A DNA stretch of 34,421 nt from an uncultured Eubacteriales bacterium (lineage in GTDB: Bacteria; Bacillota; Clostridia; TANB77; CAG-508), in the NCBI GenBank assembly GCA_902766085.1, contig CACXCH010000062.1:1-34421 (forward strand), given 5' to 3'. Of this stretch, positions 27,115 to 34,421 are shown piece after piece. The position numbers and the translations under genes were made by a program. Each line of letters opens with the position of its first letter. Position 1 is the stretch's first letter. A model generated the notes under the pieces. It was not told the DNA's origin and did no database searches. It saw only the letters and a list, made by a program, of their open reading frames with translations.

Positions 27115-29496
27115 ATGAAAAACACAAAAGAATTAAGTTATAAGAAATTAAAATATGTATGTGACCCAGATGTATTTAAATTTGAAACAACAGAAAGCTT
27201 GTCAACAAATTATAAAGGAGTTGGGCAGGAGAGAGCAATTGCTTCACTGGAATTTGGACTTAATGTTGATACAAAAGGATACAATTTATACCTTGAAGGA
27301 CCAACAGGTTCTGGGAAAACAACATATACAAAAAACTATCTTGAAAAATTATCAAAGAGTAAGAAAACTCCATCTGACTGGTGCTATATTTATAATTTTA
27401 TCAATCCAAACGAGCCTGTAGCTGTAAGTTTGCCAGCAGGAGACGGAAAAAAATTTAAAACTATTATGGATAACTTTATAAAAGAGATTAGAACAGATAT
27501 TAAGAATACTTTTAAAAATGAAGATTTTGAGAAAGAGAAAAATGAAATAACTCAAAAATATCAAGATAAAAGAACAAAACTTTTGAATAATCTTAACAAA
27601 AATAGTGCTAAGTATGGCTTTCAGGTAAAAACAGCAGACAATGGTATATATATGATGCCAGTTATTGATGGAAAAGTAGTTAAGGAAGAAGAATTTGACA
27701 AGCTTGATGAAGATATAAAAAAGGAATATGAAGACAAATCAACAATTGTTCAACAACAAATTATTGATGCAATAGCTCAAATTAAAGAGCTTGATGCAGA
27801 GGCTCAGAAAAAAATATCTGAATGGGAATCAAATATTGCTGTTCTCACAATTGAAGGACATATTTCTTATGTAAAATCAAATTTTAAGAGAAATAAAAAA
27901 ATATCTACATTCCTTGATGGAGTTAAGCATGATATATTAAAAAATATTTCTAAATTTGTAAATGATGGCAATGACGAAAATAAAAACAATAAACCACAAA
28001 TACCAGAAACAATGCCATGGGACAATTATAGAGTAAATGTATTTGTTGATAACAGTAATACCAATGGTGCACCTGTAATTGCTGATTCTAACTACAGTTT
28101 TACAAATTTATTTGGAAAACTTGAATATGAAAATTATTATGGAATGCTAAAAACTGATTATACAATGTTAAGACCTGGATTGCTACAAAAAGCAAATGGT
28201 GGTTATATTATGTTTCAAGCAAGTGACTTGCTCTCAAACCCAGTATCTTATGATTATTTAAAAAGAGTTTTGAGAAATAAAGAAATTGGAATTGATAATT
28301 CAGTCATGGAACAAAAATCTTCAATGGTACTTGTATCATTAAAACCAGAACCCATACCACTAGATGTAAAGGTAATACTAATTGGAACAGAAAATGTATA
28401 TCAAACTTTGCTATCAGTTGATGAAGAATTCAAAAAATTATTCAAAATAAAAGTTGAATTTGAAGATTTTGCACCAATGGATGCAAAAAACTTAAACGAT
28501 TTAGCTGGATTTGTACATGGTTTTTGCTCAGATCAAAATTTGCCACATCTTGACAAATATGCAGTTGCTAGACTTGCTGAATATGCATCACGCCTAGCAG
28601 AGGATCAACATAAATTATCAACTCAATTTGGAGAACTATCACAAATAATAGTTGAGGCTGCAACATGGGCTAAAATGGGAAAATCAAAAATTATTACTGA
28701 GCATTATATAGAAAAAGCATTATCAGAAAGAAAAAAGCGTACTTTGAAATATGATGAACGCTACACTGAACTTATGAAAAATGGAACAATATTAATTGAT
28801 ACAAAGGGCTCGAAAGTTGGACAAATAAATGGACTTACAATAATGACAATTGGAGAGTATACTTTTGGAAAGCCTGTAAGAATTACAGCAAATACCTATA
28901 TTGGAAAAAATGGAATTGTTAACATTGAGCGTGAAGTAGATCTATCGGGATCTTCTCACTCGAAAGGAATATTAATACTTAGCGGTTATATAGGTGAAAA
29001 ATTTGCTAAAGAAATACCTTTATCATTATCAGCAAGTGTATGCTTTGAACAGTTATATGGTGGAGTTGATGGAGATAGTGCATCAAGTACAGAATTATAT
29101 GCAATTCTTTCAAGCCTATCTAATATTCCAATAAATCAATCAATAGCTGTAACTGGCTCAGTCAATCAAAAAGGCGAGATTCAGGCTATAGGCGGGGTAA
29201 ATGAAAAGATAGAAGGATTTTATGAAATTTGCAAAGTTCAAGGATTAACAGGTTCACAAGGAGTTATGATCCCAGCTCAGAATGTTGTAAATTTGAACTT
29301 AAATGATGAAGTAATAGAAGCTGTAAAAAATGGAAAATTTCATATTTATGCAGTTACAACGGTTGACGAAGGAATTGAAATTCTAACTGGAGTACCAGCA
29401 GGAGACATTAATGTTCCAGGAACAATAAACTATTTAGCATATCAAACATTAAAAAAATATGCTAAATCTTCACAAAACCAAAAAGCTAACTACTAG
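27115..29496 (+). CDS. Lon-like ATP-dependent protease (AAA+ N-terminal module plus S16 Ser-Lys protease domain, COG1067-type)
   Basis: 793 aa. IGQERAIASLEFGL...LEGPTGSGKTT Walker A. C-terminal protease domain with catalytic-serine context GVDGDSASSTELYAILSSL and downstream lysine context GGVNEKIEGF. Confidence 0.87.
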   Translation: MKNTKELSYKKLKYVCDPDVFKFETTESLSTNYKGVGQERAIASLEFGLNVDTKGYNLYLEGPTGSGKTTYTKNYLEKLSKSKKTPSDWCYIYNFINPNEPVAVSLPAGDGKKFKTIMDNFIKEIRTDIKNTFKNEDFEKEKNEITQKYQDKRTKLLNNLNKNSAKYGFQVKTADNGIYMMPVIDGKVVKEEEFDKLDEDIKKEYEDKSTIVQQQIIDAIAQIKELDAEAQKKISEWESNIAVLTIEGHISYVKSNFKRNKKISTFLDGVKHDILKNISKFVNDGNDENKNNKPQIPETMPWDNYRVNVFVDNSNTNGAPVIADSNYSFTNLFGKLEYENYYGMLKTDYTMLRPGLLQKANGGYIMFQASDLLSNPVSYDYLKRVLRNKEIGIDNSVMEQKSSMVLVSLKPEPIPLDVKVILIGTENVYQTLLSVDEEFKKLFKIKVEFEDFAPMDAKNLNDLAGFVHGFCSDQNLPHLDKYAVARLAEYASRLAEDQHKLSTQFGELSQIIVEAATWAKMGKSKIITEHYIEKALSERKKRTLKYDERYTELMKNGTILIDTKGSKVGQINGLTIMTIGEYTFGKPVRITANTYIGKNGIVNIEREVDLSGSSHSKGILILSGYIGEKFAKEIPLSLSASVCFEQLYGGVDGDSASSTELYAILSSLSNIPINQSIAVTGSVNQKGEIQAIGGVNEKIEGFYEICKVQGLTGSQGVMIPAQNVVNLNLNDEVIEAVKNGKFHIYAVTTVDEGIEILTGVPAGDINVPGTINYLAYQTLKKYAKSSQNQKANY

Positions 29497-29584
29497 TATA
29501 TAATCATAATCTTAATAATTCGTAATCTTCACAAAAACCAAAAGCTAATTACTAGTCATATAATCATAATATTAATAATTCGTA
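29466..29584. repeat. 59/60-bp tandem direct duplication spanning the 3' end and stop codon of the Lon-like gene
   Basis: Unit 1 is 29466-29524 and unit 2 is 29525-29584. They differ by three single-base indels and two substitutions (atcttcacaaaa(a)ccaaaa(a)gctaa[c/t]tactagt(c)atataatcataat[c/a]ttaataattcgta). Confidence 0.85.
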
Positions 29585-29655
29585 GGCTTGCTGTTTTGAA
29601 CGTTTCCTATTATGTGATGAACAACAAGAAAAATTGCAAAATTAAAATTTTTTTA
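29565..29655. repeat. Partial (left-arm plus apical region) copy of the 13103-13286 element
   Basis: cataatattaataattcgtaggcttgctgttttgaacgtttcc aligns with 13108-13150 cataatatttaatgactcgtagacttgctgttttgaacgactcc (core tcgtagRcttgctgttttgaacg matches 22/23). Weaker similarity continues through atgtga and an A/T hairpin. No right arm is present, and lepA starts at 29670. Confidence 0.55.
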
Positions 29656-29669
29656 TAGAAAGGTGCTAA

Positions 29670-31491
29670 ATGAAAGATCAATCACTTATTAGAAACTTCA
29701 GTATAATTGCACATATTGACCATGGTAAAACTACTTTATCAGATCGCTTAATTGAAATGACAAATACACTTCCTAAAAGAGAAATGACAGAGCAACTTCT
29801 TGACAATATGGACATTGAAAAGGAGAGAGGAATTACAATAAAATCTCAAGCAGTTAGAATGAAGTATAAAGCAAAAGATGGAAAAACTTATGAGCTCAAT
29901 TTAATTGATACTCCGGGCCATGTAGACTTTAACTATGAAGTTTCTAGAAGTTTAGCTGCTTGCGAAGGGGCAGTACTTGTGGTTGATAGCACACAGGGAG
30001 TTGAAGCACAAACTCTTGCTAATGTTTATTTAGCGCTAGATAATAATCTTGAGATAATTCCAGTAATTAATAAAGTCGATTTACCAAGTGCTAGAATAGA
30101 AGAAACTAAAAAAGAAATTGAAGATATAATTGGACTTGATGCAGAAGATGCTCTATGTATTTCAGCAAAAACAGGCCTTAACGTAGAACAAGTCTTAGAA
30201 AAAATTGTAAAAGAAATACCTGCTCCAAATGGAGATAAAAATGCAAAACTACAAGCGCTAATTTTTGACTCAATTTATAATGATTATAAAGGTGTGCTTG
30301 CTTATGTAAAAGTTAAAGAGGGAACAGTAAAAGTTGGAGATACTATTAGACTTATGTCTAATAATGATAGTTTTACTGTGACTGAAGTTCGGATATTTTA
30401 CCCCAGGAGATTATGAAAAAACTGATGAATTAATTGCAGGAGAAGTAGGATATATTGCAGCCAGCATAAAGAGCTTGCAGGATATAAAAGTAGGAGATAC
30501 AATTACAAACGATACAGAACCTGCAGACAAACCTTTACCAGGTTATAAAGAAGTTAAACCTATGGTCTATTGTGGGCTATACCCTATGGATGGGGCTGAA
30601 TATGAAAATCTTAAAATAGCACTTGAAAAATTGAAATTAAATGATGCGGCATTAAGCTTTGAAGCTGAAACATCAAAAGCATTAGGATCTGGATTTAGAT
30701 GCGGTTTTCTTGGACTACTACATCTTGAAATTATCGAAGAAAGGCTTGATAGAGAATTTGATTTAAGCCTAATAACAACATCTCCATCAGTAATTTATAA
30801 AGTACATAAAACAGATGGAGAGGTAATAGAGCTTTATAATCCATCAGACTTACCAGAAAGTTCAAAGATAAGCTATATTGAAGAACCCTTTGTAGAAGCA
30901 ACAATTATGGTTCCAAAGGAATTTATAGGAAATGTCATGGAATTATGCCAGAACAGACGTGGAATATATATAGAAATGACATATCTTGATTCAAGCAGGG
31001 TTTCCATAAAATATGAATTGCCATTAAATGAAATTATATATGATTTTTTTGATACATTAAAATCAAAAACAAGAGGATATGCTTCACTTGATTATTATTT
31101 AAAAGAGTACAAGCAATCTAACCTTGTTAGACTTGATATATATGTAAATGGAGAAATGGTTGATGCATTGTCATTTATAGTTTTCAAAGATAGTGCATAT
31201 TCAAAAGGAAAAAAACTTGTAACAAGGCTAAAACAAGAAATACCAAGGCAATTATTTACAATTCCAATTCAAGCAGTAATTGGAGGAACTGTAATTGCAA
31301 GAGAAACAATTTCAGCATTAAGAAAAGATGTTCTAGCAAAATGCTACGGAGGAGATATTACAAGAAAGAAAAAATTACTAGAAAAACAAAAAAGAGGAAA
31401 GAAAAGAATGCGAGAGTTTGGAAATGTCCAAATACCACAAGAGGCATTTTTAAATATATTAAAGGCAGACACAGAAAATGATACAAAATAA
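29670..31491 (+). pseudogene. lepA: Translation elongation factor 4 (LepA) interrupted by one extra nucleotide near 30390 (pseudogene, split gene or assembly error)
   Basis: ORF 29670..30416 carries G1 [11 protein letters not shown]3 DTPGH and G4 NKVD. The +1 frame continues with [39 protein letters not shown] and the full LepA C-terminal domains, ending at 31491. The two frames overlap only between 30382 and 30413. Confidence 0.9.
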
Positions 31492-31639
31492 ATTCTATTT
31501 TGAAAAATATGAGGTTTAAAAATTTTCAAAAGACAATGATCTTGTCAATGTAAAGAAAGTATTTTTAGTAAAAATTGTCTTTCTTTTCATAGACTGTAAT
31601 TTTCAAGAGTAAGTTTGTAATATAAAAGGAAAAATATAT

Positions 31640-32377
31640 ATGGAAGATATTGTAATTGGAAGAAATAGTGTTTCAGAATTAATAAAATCAGGAAAAGATA
31701 TAAACAAGCTATATATTCAAAAGGGCGAAAAACATGGCTCAATAAATGAAATAATTTCAATGGCTAGAGAAAAAAGAATAGTTATTAAGGAAGTTGAAAA
31801 AAATAAACTAGATGAAATGAGCAATAACCAAAAACACCAAGGAGTAATTGCAACAGTACCTCCTTATGAATATTCAGACGTTGATGACATTTTAAATTTT
31901 GCAAAAGAAAAAAATGAAAATCCATTTATTATAATATTAGACGAAATAGAAGACCCACATAATTTAGGATCAATAATTAGAACTGCGGAATGTGTAGGAG
32001 CTCATGGAGTTATTATTCCTAAAAGAAGGTCAGCAGAGGTAAACAGTACAGTGAATAAAACATCAGCAGGGGCTGCTCAATATGTAAAAATAGCTAGAGT
32101 TAATAATTTAAATGAAACAATAAAATATTTAAAAGAAAATGATGTATGGATTTATGGAACAGATGCTTTAGGAACAAGTTATTACAATGAACAAGATTAT
32201 AGAGGAGGAACAGCAATTGTAATAGGTAGTGAAGGATATGGAATGAACAGGCTAGTAGCAAAAAACTGTGATTTTCTAGTAAAAATCCCATTAAGAGGGA
32301 AGATAAATTCACTAAATGCCTCTGTATCAGCAGCTATAATGATGTATGAAGTATTAAACCAAAGAATGAAAAAGTAA
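31640..32377 (+). CDS. rlmB: 23S rRNA (guanosine2251-2'-O)-methyltransferase RlmB (SpoU/TrmH family)
   Basis: 245 aa. N-terminal substrate-binding domain (GRNSVSELIKSG), HQGVIA, SpoU motifs LDEIEDPHNLGSIIRTAE, VIGSEGYGM and IPLRGKINSLNASVSAAIMMYE. Confidence 0.9.
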   Translation: MEDIVIGRNSVSELIKSGKDINKLYIQKGEKHGSINEIISMAREKRIVIKEVEKNKLDEMSNNQKHQGVIATVPPYEYSDVDDILNFAKEKNENPFIIILDEIEDPHNLGSIIRTAECVGAHGVIIPKRRSAEVNSTVNKTSAGAAQYVKIARVNNLNETIKYLKENDVWIYGTDALGTSYYNEQDYRGGTAIVIGSEGYGMNRLVAKNCDFLVKIPLRGKINSLNASVSAAIMMYEVLNQRMKK

Positions 32378-32461
32378 ATCACAATTATTTTACCATATAA
32401 AAAACAAAGGAAATTAATGAATTATTAGCGCAACAAATAATTATGAATTGAAAGGTAAAAA

Positions 32462-33850
32462 ATGAGAAAGAAAAACAAGATTAAATTAATAGTAGCAATT
32501 ATACTTGTAATTATAATAATTTCTGTATTTCTATTTTTGTTTTTCAGAACGGATTTCTTTAGAACAAAACGTAGTGCATTTTTAAGATATTTTGACAATA
32601 TTCCAGAAGTATTAGACTTAATAAATGATGAGGACTTAATAGAATACAGTGATAAAAAGAAATCAACGCCTTATATTAGAAAAGCAACTGTAAATATTCA
32701 AGATTCTAGCAATATTGCAAATAGTGAAATTTTAGACAAAATAAAATTACAGATAAACGAAAAAACTGATAGCAAAAACAAAAAAAGCAATATAGAATAT
32801 GATTTCTATAGTGGCGATACTAAACTTGCAAATGTTTCTTATGTGCAAAGCAAAGATACAGCAGGTTTTTATTCAGAGGAAGTTGCAAAAGGATATATAT
32901 GTATTGACAATAGTGATTTACAAAGAATTGCTAACAATGCAAATATTACAGATTTTTACATTCCTGATGAAATAACATCAGCAAGCCTTAAAAATATTTT
33001 TGAAACTTCAAAAAATGAAAAAAATAGAATTATGAAAGTAGCAAAAATCTTAAGCACAGATGTACCTGATAATGCATATACAAAAGAAACTCATAACCAA
33101 GTAACAATTAATAACAAAATTTATACAGGAACAGCATACACACTAAGCTTAAATTCAAGTGATGCTGCAAAACTAGAAAGTGCAGTATTAACACAAATAT
33201 CACAAGATAGCATTTTAATGGATTATATAACATCAAAAGCAAAATTATTAGGTGTTAATAGTCAATATACATCAATTAACGACTTAAATAAACTAATGAA
33301 AGAAAAAAGCTCAGAATTGCAAAATAATCCAAGTAGTGCTGATAGTTTACAAATTGTAGTACACGAATTCAAACAGCAAAATATTGAAACAGAAATAAAA
33401 AGTGGAGAATGGAGCATTGTAATTCAACACGTAAAAAACGATAATGATGAATACTCATCAATTCAAATAAATGAAAAAAAATATAGCATGCAAAAGTCAG
33501 GAGACAAATATATATTTGGATATTCAAACGAAGATGAAGACGAAAGTCTTGAAATAGAATACTCTAAAACAGGAGATATAGAAAACAACGATATAAAAAA
33601 TACAATGACAATAAAACATAACAAAGGAATTAAAAAAATCACATTTTTATATAATGATGAGATCAGTTTCACAAATGATATAGGACAAATAAAGGATTTT
33701 GAAGGATACAGTACCGTCAAGCTAAATGATATGGAAGATGACGAAATGAAAATGTTTATCAAATTATTGAAAAATAGAATAAATGATGTATATATTTCTA
33801 AAGGCGCAAGTATAGGTATTAACTTAGACCCAATTTTTGTATATGAATAA
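32462..33850 (+). CDS. Hypothetical membrane-anchored protein of unknown function
   Basis: 462 aa. N-terminal TM anchor LIVAIILVIIIISVFLFLFF followed by a large N/S/K/D-rich, presumably extracytoplasmic, region. No recognisable motif. Confidence 0.6.
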   Translation: MRKKNKIKLIVAIILVIIIISVFLFLFFRTDFFRTKRSAFLRYFDNIPEVLDLINDEDLIEYSDKKKSTPYIRKATVNIQDSSNIANSEILDKIKLQINEKTDSKNKKSNIEYDFYSGDTKLANVSYVQSKDTAGFYSEEVAKGYICIDNSDLQRIANNANITDFYIPDEITSASLKNIFETSKNEKNRIMKVAKILSTDVPDNAYTKETHNQVTINNKIYTGTAYTLSLNSSDAAKLESAVLTQISQDSILMDYITSKAKLLGVNSQYTSINDLNKLMKEKSSELQNNPSSADSLQIVVHEFKQQNIETEIKSGEWSIVIQHVKNDNDEYSSIQINEKKYSMQKSGDKYIFGYSNEDEDESLEIEYSKTGDIENNDIKNTMTIKHNKGIKKITFLYNDEISFTNDIGQIKDFEGYSTVKLNDMEDDEMKMFIKLLKNRINDVYISKGASIGINLDPIFVYE

Positions 33851-33854
33851 CAAT

Positions 33855-33886
33855 TTGACAATGCTACACTTTAATGATGTTATAAT
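33855..33886 (+). promoter_or_regulatory. Possible extended -10 promoter upstream of the rRNA-type leader region
   Basis: ttgaca (33855-33860) and tgttataat (TGnTATAAT, 33878-33886). The 20-nt spacer is too long for a canonical -35/-10 pair, so activity would depend on the extended -10. Confidence 0.3.
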
Positions 33887-33902
33887 TTAACAGATAATAC
33901 TC

Positions 33903-34217
33903 ATAAGGATCTAAACTCAAAAAATAAACGGAAACTTTTTTCGAAAAATACTCTTGAACATTCGTTTAAATCGTCGTATTTTTCTCAAAAAGTTTTGTTT
34001 ATTTTTTGACTCTCAATTAGAGAACTTATACTTAAACTGTAATAAATTGAAAGTTACAGTTTAAGTAGCTAATCTTTATAAGATTTTAAATTTAAAAATA
34101 AACGAAAACTTTTTTCGAAAAATACTCTTGAACATTCGTTCAAATCGTCGTATTTTTCTCAAAAAGTTTTGTTTATTTTTTTGACTGTCAATTAGAGAAC
34201 TTATACTTAAACTGTAA
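33903..34217. repeat. Two near-identical 140-nt modules (33903-34042 and 34078-34217), each an internal ~31-nt-arm palindrome around a promoter-like core
   Basis: Cores from aaaaataaacg to cttaaactgtaa differ at only ~4 positions. Arms are aaaaaataaacggaaacttttttcgaaaaata / tatttttctcaaaaagttttgtttatttttt. Core ttgaac-17 nt-tatttt at 33954-33982 and 34128-34156. Copy 1 is extended by a perfect 13-bp hairpin 34030-34042 / 34054-34066. Confidence 0.85.
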
Positions 34218-34273
34218 CTATATGATAAAAAATGAACATTAATAAAAAAAATAAAAAAATTTGAAAAAAACTG

Positions 34274-34302
34274 TTGACATTTCGTTTTGATGATTGTATA
34301 AT
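34274..34302 (+). promoter_or_regulatory. Consensus sigma-70-type promoter, probably the proximal promoter of a downstream rRNA (or stable RNA) operon
   Basis: ttgaca (34274-34279), 17-nt spacer, tataat (34297-34302), A-rich UP-like tract upstream. The sequence is homologous to the core of the two upstream modules. Confidence 0.6.
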
Positions 34303-34421
34303 AAAAATTGTTCACGGCGAAAGCCTGAACGAGAACAAAAAGTACATTGAAAAGTAAACAACAAATCTTTTGAGAAACCAATAATTGCGGTAGTTATTTT
34401 GTACTACCAAAAACAAAAACA
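34303..34421 (+). other. Probable 5' leader of an rRNA operon (window ends before the 16S gene)
   Basis: cattgaaaagtaaacaacaaa resembles the ttgaaaactaaacaa-type motif seen in Firmicutes pre-16S leaders. GNRA-capped hairpin gttca(c)ggc-GAAA-gcctgaac at 34310-34330. 6-bp stem ggtagt/actacc at 34389-34408. No ORF with an RBS. Confidence 0.45.

Noticed and set aside
27115-29496. Lon-like protease as part of a BREX-type (BrxL-like) or other defence system.
   Set aside because: There are no partner genes (methyltransferase, PglZ, helicase, nuclease) on either side. The flanks are tsaB-rimI and lepA. The architecture matches the widespread stand-alone COG1067 Lon-like proteases.
30475-31491. An independent 338-aa gene starting at M 30475.
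   Set aside because: The same frame is open from 30382 and encodes contiguous LepA sequence upstream of that Met, so this is the downstream part of a frameshifted lepA, not a separate gene family.
34076-34381. 101-aa minus-strand ORF across the repeat modules and promoter.
   Set aside because: It runs through the duplicated palindromic modules and the consensus promoter. Its F/I/K-rich sequence simply translates A/T repeats, and it has no RBS.
1-34421. Genomic island, prophage or integrative element somewhere in the window.
   Set aside because: No integrase, recombinase, transposase, phage structural genes or tRNA attachment sites are present. Composition and strand bias look uniform, and nearly every gene is a conserved core function.

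Overview
This is a low-G+C, Firmicutes/Clostridia-type chromosomal core segment. Almost all genes are on the + strand and most are recognisable housekeeping genes. Gene order: rpsD (5'-truncated)-rpoA-rplQ | SDR oxidoreductase (-) | YtxC-like hypothetical (-) | mutL - small membrane protein - miaA - membrane-anchored barrel/coiled-coil protein - sepF - divIVA | rsmD - coiled-coil protein - membrane-anchored FGE/SUMF1-like protein | ftsK | unknown 481-aa protein | beta-CASP metallo-beta-lactamase nuclease - small membrane protein | GH15 glycosidase | radA - membrane-anchored cyclophilin | rpiA | tsaE | tsaB-rimI fusion | Lon-like (AAA+/S16) protease | lepA (frameshifted) | rlmB | unknown 462-aa membrane-anchored protein | tandem promoter-like modules and a leader typical of a Firmicutes rRNA operon at the window edge. 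I see no integrase, transposase, CRISPR array, tRNA, toxin-antitoxin pair or recognisable defence cassette, and I cannot honestly point to a convincing novel multi-gene system. The unexplained structure is non-coding. (1) A 184-nt G+C-enriched long imperfect palindrome lies upstream of ftsK, and a half-copy of it lies upstream of lepA. (2) A 59/60-bp tandem duplication spans the stop codon of the Lon-like gene. (3) Two near-identical 140-nt palindrome-containing modules lie in front of the rRNA-type promoter. (4) Several intergenic spacers are built from degenerate tandem copies of the downstream gene's leader/RBS segment. On the coding side, the oddities are the single-nucleotide frameshift splitting lepA, large low-complexity insertions in MutL, L17 and the cyclophilin, the TsaB-RimI fusion, and three poorly characterised membrane-anchored or unknown proteins.
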